Assembly (NCBI GenBank): GCA_965212085.1
Contig: OZ243042.1
Coordinates: forward strand, 2,217,990-2,281,989
Length of the DNA: 64,000 nt
Direction: 5' to 3'
Origin: Candidatus Poriferihabitaceae bacterium
GTDB taxonomy: Bacteria > Pseudomonadota > Gammaproteobacteria > Arenicellales > Poriferihabitantaceae
A program made the translations under genes and the position numbers. Below the pieces are notes generated by a model, which saw only the letters and a program-made list of their open reading frames with translations, was not told the DNA's origin and did not search any database. This document shows, piece after piece, positions 37,608 to 46,843 of the stretch. The first letter of the stretch is position 1; each line of letters starts with the position of its first letter.

Positions 37608-39515
37608 ATGTTTTTTTCGCAAAGCGAAGCGATTCTTGGCCGCATCCACGACCATCTCGCCGCGTGGCGCGCGAGCGGCCCGGACGCGGAGTTGCTGGGG
37701 TTGTTGCGGGGCGAGTTCAGCACCCTGAAAAGCGGCGCCGATGACGCCGGTTTTGACGACGTGTCCCGGCTCAGCCACAGCGTCGAAAACCTGCTCGCCC
37801 AAAGCGGCGACGTGGCCGGCCCCGATGACGTGGGACTGCTCAACCTGCTTGAGGAAACCCACGATGGGCTGGTGGCGGATCTCGGTTTTGTGCCGTTGGC
37901 GTCCCGGGATCAGGTTCAGTCCTTGAACAGTCTGGTGGCGTCGTTGCTGGGCGACGGGCCGCAAACCGAAGGCACGTCACTGCATCCGGCGGGGGTGGCC
38001 GTGGGCGCGTTTGATGAATGTCTGCCGCAGTTGCGCCGCGTCGCTGAAGCCGAAGCCGAGGCAAGCGGCAAGCAGGTGGAACTGTCCCTCACCGGCGGCG
38101 GCGTCGAAGCGGAGCGGCGGGTTCTGGAGCGCATAACGGCGGCGTTCGCACACCTGATTCGCTGCTCCGTCGCGCACGGCATCGAATCCGCCGAGCAACG
38201 CGCGGCCTCCGGCAAGGATGCGGCCGGGCGCATCGGCATCGCCGTGGTGCGGCGCGGCGGCGAATTGTTGATTGAGTATTGGGATGACGGCCGGGGGCTG
38301 GATGCGGAAAAACTCGCAGCCGATGCGGTGGCGGCGGGCATGGTGCAGCGCGCCGATGAAATCGGTGAAGAACATTTGCTGCAGATTCTTGCCCGGCCCG
38401 GTGGCGGTCTGGAAGCGGTGTGCCGGGCGGTGCGCGAACTCGGCGGGCTGATGGCCGTGAAATCGGAAATCGGCACCGGCGTTCGCGTTCAGTTCCTGCT
38501 GCCGGCGATCCTCGGCGCGCAGCGGGCGTTGCTGGTTACGGCGGGGAAATACCGCTTCGCCATACCCGCGCACACCATCGAGCGTGTGATGCGGGTGCCG
38601 GCGGATGAAGTGCCGGCGCGTGATGGACAAACATATCTCGCCGTGGGCGAGCGGCGGATACCCGTCGTCAACCTCGCGGCGCGAGTCGGCGCGGACGATG
38701 CGCAACGGACGCAGCCGGCCGCTTTTACTTTGCTGGTGCTGATTCGGCTCGCGGACCGGGTCAGCGCCTTTGCGGTGGACGAGTTCCACGACATCCACGC
38801 TATCAACGACCCCGCCCCCAAAAACCCCGGCGCGCAACTGGCCTCCATCCGCGGACTCGCCGGGGTCGCAGTTTTAGCGGATTCCGGCAGGGCGGTGATT
38901 CTCGACCCCGGCGCGTTCATCCATCGTGAGTTGCCGGAGCGCCACGGGCTGACCCGGTTTCCGCTCGGCGATTGCGATCTGTTTCCGGCGTCTGCGGACA
39001 GCGCGAAAGCCCCGGAGCAGAGCGCGGCCCCGGAAAAAACCATGCGCGTGGTCGTGCTGGAGACGCCCCCCGGCCCGTTGGTGATTCCCGCCTCTTTGGT
39101 GGCGGAGGTGGTCGGCGGGGTGGAGCCGCAACCGTCCGGGCGCGAACATGAATGGATCTGCGGTGATTTTCTCTGGCGTGGTTTCGCGGTGCCCGTGATC
39201 AACAATACCACCGCCTTCGCTGCCGATGAAGACGCGGATGCCGAAGAATCCGAACCCTGCGAACACGCGGTAATCCTGTGGCCGATGAAAGACACTCGGC
39301 CCGACGAGTTTTTTGCGCTGACCGGTTCGGCCCCGCCCAGGGTAGTTGAAATTGCCCCCCAACCGGCCCCCACTCCACCCGCCGCCGCCGCCACCGCCAC
39401 CGCCACCGCCAATGGGCAGCCGCCCAACCTGCTGGGCTATGTGCAAATTGACCGGCGCACCGGCCTCATTCCCGATCTCAAAAGCCTGGCCCACGGAATT
39501 TTCCATGACCGCTGA
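37608..39515 (+). CDS. CheA/ChpA-like protein with degenerate Hpt and ATPase motifs and two CheW-like regions
   Basis: The Hpt-like N-terminus reads FSTLKSGA where HTLKGSA is expected. The HATPase N-box reads HLIRCSVAHGIE (canonical HLIRN..DHGIE). The G1 box DDGRGLD is retained, and the G2 region is shortened. No receiver domain. Confidence 0.7.
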   Translation: MFFSQSEAILGRIHDHLAAWRASGPDAELLGLLRGEFSTLKSGADDAGFDDVSRLSHSVENLLAQSGDVAGPDDVGLLNLLEETHDGLVADLGFVPLASRDQVQSLNSLVASLLGDGPQTEGTSLHPAGVAVGAFDECLPQLRRVAEAEAEASGKQVELSLTGGGVEAERRVLERITAAFAHLIRCSVAHGIESAEQRAASGKDAAGRIGIAVVRRGGELLIEYWDDGRGLDAEKLAADAVAAGMVQRADEIGEEHLLQILARPGGGLEAVCRAVRELGGLMAVKSEIGTGVRVQFLLPAILGAQRALLVTAGKYRFAIPAHTIERVMRVPADEVPARDGQTYLAVGERRIPVVNLAARVGADDAQRTQPAAFTLLVLIRLADRVSAFAVDEFHDIHAINDPAPKNPGAQLASIRGLAGVAVLADSGRAVILDPGAFIHRELPERHGLTRFPLGDCDLFPASADSAKAPEQSAAPEKTMRVVVLETPPGPLVIPASLVAEVVGGVEPQPSGREHEWICGDFLWRGFAVPVINNTTAFAADEDADAEESEPCEHAVILWPMKDTRPDEFFALTGSAPPRVVEIAPQPAPTPPAAAATATATANGQPPNLLGYVQIDRRTGLIPDLKSLAHGIFHDR

Positions 39516-40377
39516 AAACCTTTTGCCCAACCCCGCCGCCGATCACGCGCCATCCGATCTGCCCGATCTTTCCGAACTGAGCGCCCTGGTCCGGCAAACC
39601 GCGCTCAAGGAACACGCCGCCGCCCGTGGTGACGTGGTCCGCACCACCAAGCAGGACGGCAGCTGGGTCACCGACATTGACCGGCGGATGCAGAACCAAC
39701 TGCTGGCCCAACTCCGCCGACGCTGGCCGCAGTACGGTTTCATCGGCGAGGAGATGACCCACGCCGACCAAGTCGCGGTGTGCGACCGCAGCCGCGCCGG
39801 TTACTGGGTGCTCGACCCCCTCGACGGCACCACCAACTTCACCGCCGGATTCCTGTTCTACGGCGTTTCCCTGGCGCTGGTGGTGGACGGCCGCGCGCGC
39901 CTCGGAGTGGTTTTCGACCCGGTGCGCGGCGAATGTTTTTCCGCCCGGGCGGGGCGCGGCGCGCGCCTCAACGGCGAGCGGCTAACGTGCTCCGCCAGCG
40001 CCACGCACACCCTCGGCGAGTGCATCGCCATCATTGATTACAAGCGGCTGGTGGGCGACCTCGCCGCGCAACTGGTGCGCTCCCCGCCGTACCGCTCCCA
40101 GCGCAACCTCGGCTCCTCGGTGCTGGAATGGTGCTGGCTGGCCGCCGGACGCGCGCAACTCTATCTCCACGGCGGCCAGAAACTGTGGGATTTCGCCGCC
40201 GGCTACCTGATCCTCACCGAAGCCGGCGGCGTCGCGACCTCGCTTTCCGGCAAGCCCCTGGACTGCGCCCGCCTGCGCAAACGCTCGGTGGTAGCAGCGG
40301 TCAACCCCGACCTGCTGACGCGCTGGGACGCCTGGATAAACGCCAACAGCGCGGCGCCGAAGGCTTCGCCTTTGTGA
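39505..40377 (+). CDS. inositol monophosphatase family protein (SuhB/CysQ-like)
   Basis: WVTDID, WVLDPLDGTTNF and LWDFAAG motifs. Start at MTAENLL (ATG 39505). Confidence 0.85.
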   Translation: MTAENLLPNPAADHAPSDLPDLSELSALVRQTALKEHAAARGDVVRTTKQDGSWVTDIDRRMQNQLLAQLRRRWPQYGFIGEEMTHADQVAVCDRSRAGYWVLDPLDGTTNFTAGFLFYGVSLALVVDGRARLGVVFDPVRGECFSARAGRGARLNGERLTCSASATHTLGECIAIIDYKRLVGDLAAQLVRSPPYRSQRNLGSSVLEWCWLAAGRAQLYLHGGQKLWDFAAGYLILTEAGGVATSLSGKPLDCARLRKRSVVAAVNPDLLTRWDAWINANSAAPKASPL

Positions 40378-40396
40378 TGGATGCAACGAGTGCCCC

Positions 40397-40421
40397 GCGC
40401 CCGTTTTGCGGGCGCAATTTT
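40397..40421 (+). terminator. probable rho-independent terminator after the IMPase-family gene
   Basis: 7-bp GC stem GCGCCCG / CGGGCGC with loop TTTTG, followed by AATTTT. Confidence 0.6.
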
Positions 40422-40453
40422 GATAGAATGCCTTTCAAACTCAAGACAAACCA

Positions 40454-41220
40454 ATGTTTGAAAAAACTTTCAAAAATATAGACGACATCCTTTTCAAGGA
40501 GGCCGGATGTACCACTGAGCTTGACTACACCGAACAGACTTCGTGGATACTTTTCCTCAAGTATCTTGACGACCTGGAAGGGGAACGGATGATGAAGTCG
40601 GGGCTTTCCGGCAAGCCCGGAGAATTTCTGATCCGCCTTTCGGCGGCAAAGAGCGCAAAGAGGTTCAGCAGAATTTTTCCATCAAGACCGGCGAGACCGC
40701 TTTCCTGTTTTTGCAGCATTTCATCAAACGCCTCAAAGCCGGCGGCCGGGCGGCGGTGGTTATCAAGAACACCTTCCTGTCGAATTCGGACAACGCATCC
40801 AAGGCTCTGCGCAAGGAATTGCTGGTGAACTGCAACCTGTACACCGTGCTTGACTGCCCCGGCGGAACTTTCCTCGGTGCCGGGGTAAAAACCGTGGTGC
40901 TGTTTTTTAAAAAGGGCGTGCAGACGCGAAAAATATGGTTCTACCAACTGGATCCTGGCCGCAGTCTCGGCAAAACCAACCCGCTGAATGACAACGACCT
41001 CGCCGAGTTCGTTGAATTGCAGAAGACTTTTGCCGACTCCGGTCAATCGTGGACGGTGGACGTGGCCGATGTTAATCAGGATACTTTTGATCTGAGCATA
41101 AAAAACCCGAACACACCGGAAGAAGCGCCGTTAAAGCACCCGCAGGAAATCCTGGCGCAGATCAGGCTTTTGGATGAAGAGGCAAACAAGGTTTTGAAAT
41201 CCATTGAGGAACTGGTATGA
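40454..41220 (+). pseudogene. hsdM: type I R-M methyltransferase subunit (hsdM) remnant with a large internal deletion and a frameshift
   Basis: The first ~55 aa (MFEKTFKNIDDILFKEAGCTTELDYTEQTSWILFLKYLDDLE) match an HsdM N-terminus. A different frame from 40633 reads PPFGGKE...FLFLQHFIKRLKAGGRAAVVIKNTFL..., which is motif IV onward to the HsdM C-terminus. The AdoMet-binding part between them is missing. Confidence 0.8.
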
Positions 41221-41642
41221 GCAAGCAAGACACACGCTGGGTTCAACGTTTCGACTACTATCAGAAGGCTCTGACACAGCTGGAAAAAGGGATTGAATTG
41301 GCATCGGAAAGGGATCTGAGCGACCTGGAAAAAGAAGGCGTTATTCAACGTTTTAAATACACTCAGGAATTGGCCGGGAATGTTCTCAAAGACTTTTACG
41401 CCGCACGGGGCGACCAAAATATACAAGGCAGCCGAGACGCTTTCCAGTTGGCTTTTGAGCGCGGGCTAATCACATCCGGGAAAGAACTGCTGGACAGCAT
41501 AGATACTCGCAACAAAACTTCTCACGCATATAACCGCGAAAAAGCCGAGGCGATATTCCACGACATTGTCAATAGATATTACGGCGCTTTTGAAGAGTTG
41601 CGAGCGGTCTTGCGCAACGAAAAAAAACAAAGGAACCTGTAA
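41217..41642 (+). CDS. HEPN-domain nucleotidyltransferase substrate-binding protein (HI0074 family)
   Basis: 141 aa with the RNKTSH (R-x4-H) motif. 4-nt overlap with the hsdM remnant. Confidence 0.8.
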   Translation: MSKQDTRWVQRFDYYQKALTQLEKGIELASERDLSDLEKEGVIQRFKYTQELAGNVLKDFYAARGDQNIQGSRDAFQLAFERGLITSGKELLDSIDTRNKTSHAYNREKAEAIFHDIVNRYYGAFEELRAVLRNEKKQRNL

Positions 41643-41644
41643 TC

Positions 41645-42571
41645 ATGTTTGGGCTGGATGTGGATACGCTGCGCGGCATAAGAGGTGCTATTTCCCGCTT
41701 TACTCACATTGAAAAAGTATTGATCTATGGTTCCCGCGCAAGGGGGAACTATAGAACCGGTTCGGATATTGACATTACGCTTCTTGGAAAAAACCTGACG
41801 CTGGATAACTCTGTCTATCCGTTGATGAGAGCGTTGGATGATCTCTACTTGCCCTACAAGTTTGATATTTCCATTTTCAATCAGTTGGAAGAGTTGGATT
41901 TTATTGAGCATATATTGCGGGTTGGGAAGAGTTTTTATCAGAAAGAAAATAGTGTGATGGATGTATGGGAACAATCCGCTCTTGGCACAGTTTGTGAGGT
42001 AATCGCGGGACAATCTCCAAAGGGTAGAAATTACAATGATACAGGGGATGGGCTACCTTTCTATCAAGGCAAGAAAGAGTTTAAAGATAAGTACCTGGGT
42101 GCTCCTGCGAAGTGGATGACGCAAATAACTCGTGAAGCTATTGCCGGAGATGTTTTGATGGCTGTGAGGGCGCCAGTAGGGCCAATAAATTTCGCTACTA
42201 AACGGATTTGTATCGGTCGTGGTCTTGCCGCCATACGTGCTGGCGAACAGGTTCATCGAGAGTTTCTATTCTATTTCCTGCTTTCGATGCAGGATGAAAC
42301 TAAGGGGAATGAGGGTGCTGTTTTTGCATCAATCAAGAAAGAGCAGATTGAGTGTATTTCGTTCAGTAAGCCACCCCTTTCCGAGCAGAAGAAAATTGTG
42401 GCGGTCCTTGATAAACTCTCGGCAGAAAAACAGTCCCTTGAACGTATCTATGAAACCAAAGACCGCGCCCTTGCAGAACTCAAACAATCCCTTCTGCATC
42501 AGGCATTCACCGGCGAATTGACCGCTGATACCAAAGCCGCCAACCGCATACTTTCGGAGGCCGGTATATGA
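41645..42571 (+). CDS. fusion ORF: minimal nucleotidyltransferase (MNT, HI0073-like) N-terminal domain joined in frame to a single-TRD (half) type I specificity subunit HsdS
   Basis: Residues 1-100 carry GSRARG...SDIDI (pol-beta NTase). From residue ~105 the sequence is HsdS-like (WEQSALGTVCEVIAGQSPKG...PPLSEQKKIVAVLD...LKQSLLHQAFTGEL). There is no stop codon between the two parts. An internal ATG lies at 41957. Confidence 0.7.
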   Translation: MFGLDVDTLRGIRGAISRFTHIEKVLIYGSRARGNYRTGSDIDITLLGKNLTLDNSVYPLMRALDDLYLPYKFDISIFNQLEELDFIEHILRVGKSFYQKENSVMDVWEQSALGTVCEVIAGQSPKGRNYNDTGDGLPFYQGKKEFKDKYLGAPAKWMTQITREAIAGDVLMAVRAPVGPINFATKRICIGRGLAAIRAGEQVHREFLFYFLLSMQDETKGNEGAVFASIKKEQIECISFSKPPLSEQKKIVAVLDKLSAEKQSLERIYETKDRALAELKQSLLHQAFTGELTADTKAANRILSEAGI

Positions 42572-43986
42572 CCCCCATTGAAACACTTGAGAAATGGTTG
42601 TGTGCTCCCGCCGAGAGTGAACATCTGGAATTCAAAGTAGCTTCCCAGCAATATAACCCAGATGAAGTATTGAAATATTGCGTTGCTCTGTCTAACGAAG
42701 GCGGGGGACACCTCGTTCTAGGGGTTACAAACACGCCGCCGAGAAAAATAACCGGTACGCGGGCGTTTCTATCGGCAAGGCAATTAAATAAACTGAAACG
42801 GATAATTGTTGAGCAGCTGCGGATCCGGGTGAATATCCATGAAATCACACATCCTGATGGACGGGTGCTGGTCTTTGAAATACCATCGCGGCCCGTTGCA
42901 CAACCGCTGGGCCTTAATGGCCGCTATCTGATGCGTGCCGGCGAGAGTGTAGTTGCAATGACTCCCGACCGCTTGAAAGAAATTTTTGCCGAAAATACTG
43001 ATGATTGGTTTGCACAGACGGTTATGGAAGGTATCAACGCTGAAGACGTCATCGCTCTGCTGGATACGGAAGTTTATTTTGGCTTGCTGAAACTGCCCTA
43101 TCCAAGTACGGAGTCCGCGATTTTACAATGCCTTCAAGACGAAGGTTTTATTCAAAACCAATCCGAAAAATGGGCGATTACCAATTTGGGAGCTATCTTA
43201 CTGGCCAACGATATAAAAAAATTTCCCAAGGAAATTGCCCGTAAGGCAGTCCGCTTTGTGCTTTATGATGGAACCGGAAAAATCAAAACACGCAAGGATA
43301 TTCAGGGGGCATTCGGTTATGCTATTAAATTTGAAAGTTTAGTGCATTTTGTACATAACGAGGCACCACGTAATTACATTCTTGAGGAGACAGTCCGCAA
43401 AGAATATCGAATGTTTCCCAAGCAGGCGCTACGTGAATTGATCGCCAATGCGTTAATCCATCAAGATTTCACTGTTACTGGCGCGTCAGTGATGATAGAA
43501 ATGTACACGGACAGGGTAGAAATTTCTAACCCTGGAAAACCTATTATCGAAGTTGATCGGTTCATTGACGGCTATAGGTCCCGCAATGAAAAACTAGCTG
43601 ACATCATGCGTCGGTTTGGCTTTTGCGAAGAGAAAGGTAGTGGTGTTGATAAAGTCATTCAGCAAGTTGAGATTCACCAACTTCCCGCGCCGAATTTTAG
43701 AAACGACGAAATCCGAACTATGGCCACCCTGTTTGCCCATCAGGATTTCTCCGAGATGAGTAAAAATGACCGCATCCGTGCCTGCTACCAACATTGTTGC
43801 TTGCTTTATGTTGGCAATCAGCGGATGACAAACTCGACCTTACGCAAGCGTTTCCAAGTTACCGAGAAGCAGATGGCTACAGTCTCCCTGGTTATTACTG
43901 CGACTAGAAAAAAGAACTTGATTAAACTTGACGAGAGCAAAACAAGGTCACTCCGATATGTCCGCTATTTGCCCTTCTGGGGTTGA
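42568..43986 (+). CDS. AlbA_2 (Schlafen-like DNA-binding) plus HATPase_c_4-type ATP-binding domain protein
   Basis: N-terminal ESEHLEFK...ALSNEGGGHLVLGV motif. Central RELIANALIHQD and GSGVDKV motifs. This architecture commonly accompanies type I R-M operons. Confidence 0.75.
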   Translation: MTPIETLEKWLCAPAESEHLEFKVASQQYNPDEVLKYCVALSNEGGGHLVLGVTNTPPRKITGTRAFLSARQLNKLKRIIVEQLRIRVNIHEITHPDGRVLVFEIPSRPVAQPLGLNGRYLMRAGESVVAMTPDRLKEIFAENTDDWFAQTVMEGINAEDVIALLDTEVYFGLLKLPYPSTESAILQCLQDEGFIQNQSEKWAITNLGAILLANDIKKFPKEIARKAVRFVLYDGTGKIKTRKDIQGAFGYAIKFESLVHFVHNEAPRNYILEETVRKEYRMFPKQALRELIANALIHQDFTVTGASVMIEMYTDRVEISNPGKPIIEVDRFIDGYRSRNEKLADIMRRFGFCEEKGSGVDKVIQQVEIHQLPAPNFRNDEIRTMATLFAHQDFSEMSKNDRIRACYQHCCLLYVGNQRMTNSTLRKRFQVTEKQMATVSLVITATRKKNLIKLDESKTRSLRYVRYLPFWG

Positions 43987-44127
43987 TAGGGCCTGTAAAA
44001 AGTGCTTTAAAGCAAATCAAAAAAGCCGATTTTTGAGGTTAATATCCTATAAAATACAATAAGTTAAGTGCTTTAATGCAAAACTGAAAACACTTGGAAT
44101 CACCCCAAATCCCGGAGACAACACACA

Positions 44128-44740
44128 TTGAACGAAGCCGAAACCCGCGCCGAACTGATTGACCCGGCCCTCAAAGCCGCCGGTTGGGGTGCGGTTGCGG
44201 GCAGCCGGGTGCGGCGCGAGGTGATTACTATCGGCCGCATCCAGGGCGCGGGCACGCGGGCGAAGCAGGACATCGCCGACTATGTTCTCGTTTATAAGAA
44301 CCAGAAACTCGCGGTGATTGAGGCCAAGCGCGAGAGCGCGTCCGTTACCGAAGGGTTGGAGCAGGCCAAGAAGTACGCCCAAAAGTTGCAGACCTCGTTC
44401 GCCTACGCCACGAACGGCCACGGCATTTACCGCGTGGATATGCGCATCGGTGAGGAGGGGCATGCCGATCGTTACCCTACGCCGGACGAGTTGTGCGCGG
44501 CTTTTCGGCGAACTGCCCGGCCTGTTCAAAAACGAAGACGAACTGCACAAGATCTGGAGCAGGTCCGATACGCGCCGGAAACTGCTCATTTTGGAAAACC
44601 ACAAAAGATTTGCTATGTTATGGTGCCGTTTGCTTTACTATACCGGCCCCGGAGTTGCCGGCGAATGGTCGGCAAATGGCCGGCAAATCAGATGTTTCCC
44701 AACAGACTACCGCACACAAAATGCCCGACCGCCTGATTGA
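44128..44740 (+). pseudogene. hsdR: type I restriction subunit (hsdR) remnant: N-terminal nuclease-domain start and C-terminal tail only
   Basis: The TTG-start ORF NEAETRAELIDPALKAAGW...ADYVLVYKNQKLAVIEAKRE...YPTPDEL is an HsdR N-terminus. A second frame near 44500-44620 reads LFKNEDELHKIWSRSDTRRKLL, an EcoEI-type R C-terminal motif. The helicase core is absent. Confidence 0.75.
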
Positions 44741-44761
44741 AAATCGCCATGACCACGCGCC

Positions 44762-46783
44762 ATGAGCACGGCTGACCGGCTTAACCGGCGGCGCAAGGCC
44801 AACGCCATTCGCGCCTTGAGTATGGATGCGGTGCAGCGCGCCGGGTGCGGGCATCCCGGTGCGCCTATGGGCATGGCCGATCTTGCCGAGGTGTTGTGGT
44901 CCGGCCACCTCAAGCACAACCCGAAAAATCCCCGGTGGTGCGACCGCGACCGGTTTGTGCTGTCCAACGGCCACGGCTCCATGTTGCTCTATTCGCTGCT
45001 ACATTTGAGCGGCTATGAACTGACCATCGAAGACCTCCGGCAGTTTCGCCGCCTACATTCCAAAACCCCCGGCCACCCGGAATACGGCTACGCCCCCGGC
45101 GTTGAAACCACCACCGGCCCGCTCGGCCAGGGCCTCGCCAACGCGGTGGGCATGGCCATCGCGGAAAAAACCCTGGCGGCGCAGTTCAACCGCCCGCAGC
45201 ACCGGATCGTCGATCACTTCACCTACGTGTGCATGGGAGACGGCTGCCTCATGGAGGGCATATCCCACGAAGCCTGCTCCCTGGCCGGCTCGCTCAAACT
45301 CGGCAAGTTGATCGCCTTCTACGACGACAACGGCATTTCCATTGACGGCGAAGTGAGCGGCTGGTTCAACGACGACACGCCGAAGCGTTTTGCGGCTTAC
45401 GGCTGGCACGTCATCGCCACGGTGGACGGCCACGACCCGGCGGCGGTGGAGCGGGCGATCCGCGCCGCCAAAGATGAACCCGGCCGCCCCACCATCATTT
45501 GCTGCCGCACCACCATCGGCTTTGGCGCGCCCAACAAGGCCGGCAAAGCATCCAGCCACGGCGCGCCGCTGGGGGAGGATGAAGTGGCGCTGGCGCGCGC
45601 GCAGCTGGAATGGCCGCATCCGCCGTTTTCGGTTCCCGAAGAAATTTACGCCGCCTGGAACGCGGTGGATGCCGGGGCTGCGGTGGAGCAGGAATGGAAC
45701 CGGCGGTTCGCGGCCTATCAGCAGGCCCACCCGCAACTCGCCGCCGAGTTCAGCCGCCGAGTCGCCGGGGAGTTGCCGCATGCGTGGCGGGCGCAATCCG
45801 GCGAGGTGATCGCGGCGGTCAACGCCGCCGGAGAGAGCATCGCCTCGCGCAAGGCTTCGCAGAATGCGCTGGAGCATTTCGGCCCGATGCTGCCGGAACT
45901 GCTCGGCGGCTCCGCCGACCTGACCGAGTCCAACCTGACATTGTGGTCCCAATCCGAATCCATCCGCGAGCAGCCGGCGGGCAACTATATCTACTTCGGG
46001 GTGCGTGAGTTTGCGATGGCGGCGATCGTCAACGGCATCGCGCTACACCGCGGTTTCAAGCCCTACGGTGCCACCTTCCTGATGTTCTCCGAGTACGCGC
46101 GCAACGCACTGCGCATGGCCGCCTTGATGAAAATCCCGAGCATTTTTGTGTTCACCCACGACTCCATCGGCCTCGGCGAAGACGGCCCCACCCACCAGCC
46201 CGTGGAGCAGCTGGCCAGCCTGCGGTTGATGCCGCGCATGTCGGTGTGGCGGCCCTGCGATGCGGTGGAAACCGCGGTCGCCTGGCGGCTGGCCCTTGAG
46301 TCCGTGGAGCAACCCTTTACCCTGGCGTTTTCGCGCCAGACCCTGGCGCACCAGCCGCGCAGCGACGCGCAACTGGCGTTGATAGAAAAGGGCGGCTACG
46401 TGTTGAAGGAGTGCCGGGGCGAGGGCGCTCCCGAAGCCATCCTCATCGCCACCGGCTCCGAAGTGTCGCTGGCCATGGAAGCCGCCGAGCGGTTGAGCGA
46501 GAAACCGGTTCCGGTGCGCGTGCGCGTAGTTTCCATGCCGTCCACGGACCGCTTCGAATCCCAGGACGCCGCGTACCGGGAAGCGGTGCTGCCGCAAGCG
46601 GTGACCGCGCGGGTCGCGGTCGAAGCCGGCGTTACCGCGCTCTGGGCAAAATATGTCGGCGCGCGCGGCGTGGTGGTGGGCATCAACACGTTCGGTGAAT
46701 CGGCGCCCGCCAAAGACGTGTTCAAGGCGTTTGACATCACCACGGAGCGCGTCGTCGAATGTGTCGAGCGCCTTCTTTCGTAA
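44762..46783 (+). CDS. tkt: transketolase
   Basis: [30 protein letters not shown] and [16 protein letters not shown] motifs. Confidence 0.95.
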   Translation: MSTADRLNRRRKANAIRALSMDAVQRAGCGHPGAPMGMADLAEVLWSGHLKHNPKNPRWCDRDRFVLSNGHGSMLLYSLLHLSGYELTIEDLRQFRRLHSKTPGHPEYGYAPGVETTTGPLGQGLANAVGMAIAEKTLAAQFNRPQHRIVDHFTYVCMGDGCLMEGISHEACSLAGSLKLGKLIAFYDDNGISIDGEVSGWFNDDTPKRFAAYGWHVIATVDGHDPAAVERAIRAAKDEPGRPTIICCRTTIGFGAPNKAGKASSHGAPLGEDEVALARAQLEWPHPPFSVPEEIYAAWNAVDAGAAVEQEWNRRFAAYQQAHPQLAAEFSRRVAGELPHAWRAQSGEVIAAVNAAGESIASRKASQNALEHFGPMLPELLGGSADLTESNLTLWSQSESIREQPAGNYIYFGVREFAMAAIVNGIALHRGFKPYGATFLMFSEYARNALRMAALMKIPSIFVFTHDSIGLGEDGPTHQPVEQLASLRLMPRMSVWRPCDAVETAVAWRLALESVEQPFTLAFSRQTLAHQPRSDAQLALIEKGGYVLKECRGEGAPEAILIATGSEVSLAMEAAERLSEKPVPVRVRVVSMPSTDRFESQDAAYREAVLPQAVTARVAVEAGVTALWAKYVGARGVVVGINTFGESAPAKDVFKAFDITTERVVECVERLLS

Positions 46784-46843
46784 CGCGGCTTTGTGATGCG
46801 GCTTTCGTGATACATTCAAGCAAACCGATTGTGGAGTAAAACC

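Noticed and set aside
39346-39504. Poly-proline N-terminal extension (HPPPPPPPPPPPP) of the IMPase-family ORF.
   Set aside because: It arises from an alternative reading frame of the GCC/ACC-rich 3' end of the CheA-like gene. The conserved IMPase sequence starts at ATG 39505, which overlaps the upstream stop codon.
40430-44127. Search for an integrase, att direct repeats or tRNA at the borders of the type I R-M island.
   Set aside because: None was found by eye. The island begins right after a terminator hairpin and ends in the hsdR remnant before tkt, so no mobilisation mechanism can be proposed from this window.
44318-44765. ORFs 44318-44740 and 44493-44765 as independent genes upstream of tkt.
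   Set aside because: They are alternative frames over the hsdR remnant. The only recognisable segment is the short EcoEI-type R C-terminal motif, consistent with pseudogene debris.
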